From Chiloscyllium plagiosum (Eukaryota), in NCBI RefSeq assembly GCF_004010195.1, contig NC_057718.1:82276458-82340457 (forward strand): DNA of 64,000 nt, written 5' to 3'. Numbering within the stretch: position 1 is the first letter of the stretch; every line of letters begins with the position of its first letter. A model generated the notes under the pieces. That model did not search any database. It saw nothing but the letters and a program-made list of their open reading frames with translations, and was not told the DNA's origin. Both the position numbers and the translations under genes were made by a program. Positions 63,500 to 64,000 of this stretch are shown here, piece by piece.

Positions 63500-64000
63500 T
63501 TAGTGGTGTACTGCAAGGATCTGTTTTGGGGCCACTGCTGTTGATCTTTTTATAAATTAATTAGATAAGGGTGTAGAAGGATGGGTTAGTAAATTTGTGG
63601 ATGACACCAAGGTCAGTGGAGTTGTAATAGTGCTGAAGGATGTTGCAAGTTACAGAGGGACATAAGCTGCAGAGGTGGGCTGAGAGGTGGCAAATGGAGT
63701 TTAATGCAGAAAAGTGTGAGGTGATTCACTTTGGAAGTAGTAACAGGAATACACAGTACTGGGCAATTGATAGGATTCTTGGTATTGTAGATGAGAAGAG
63801 AATCTTGGTGTCCAGGTACATAGATCCAGGTTGATAGGTTTGTTAAGGCATACAGTGTGTTACTTTTATTTATAGGGATTGAGTTTCGGAGCCATGAGGA
63901 CTTGCTGCAGCTGTACAAACCGCTGGTGCGGCCACACATGGTGTATTGCATACAGTTCTGGTCACCGCATTACAGGAAGGATGTGGAAATGTTGGAAAGG
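63500..64000 (+). mobile_element. CR1 RT fragment running off the window
   Basis: SGVLQGSVLGP, FVDD, WAERWQMEFNAEKCEVIHFG. Confidence 0.88.

Noticed and set aside
1..64000. CRISPR arrays, operons or prokaryotic defence systems
   Set aside because: The sequence is vertebrate intron-exon DNA; no regularly spaced repeat-spacer array was seen

Overview
Eukaryotic (cartilaginous fish, most likely shark, inferred from HE1-type V-SINEs, Deu-domain SINEs and CR1/HER1-type LINEs) genomic DNA with three assembly gaps. Two spliced genes are arranged head-to-head around a CpG-rich bidirectional promoter at ~37.9-38.6 kb. On the minus strand is a complete MGME1 gene (mitochondrial PD-(D/E)XK exonuclease): non-coding exon 1 near 38.05 kb, four coding exons between 13102 and 3199, 350 aa. 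On the plus strand are the first five coding exons of SNX5 (PX-BAR sorting nexin), which runs off the right edge. This matches the human SNX5/MGME1 arrangement. The introns are packed with CR1, L2-like and Rex1-like LINE fragments, tRNA-derived SINEs, a decayed Gmr1-like Gypsy element and many Penelope-like elements. Most noteworthy: minimal hammerhead-ribozyme motifs in several Penelope families, a set of TSD-flanked fold-back Penelope insertions, a ~20 kb-spaced inverted duplication bracketing MGME1 exons 2-3 (real or assembly artefact), paired divergent ZNF143 motifs in the promoter, and an unvalidated H/ACA-like intronic RNA candidate in SNX5. Most short ORFs in the supplied track are transposon debris or noise. 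Repeat boundaries are approximate because they were read by eye.
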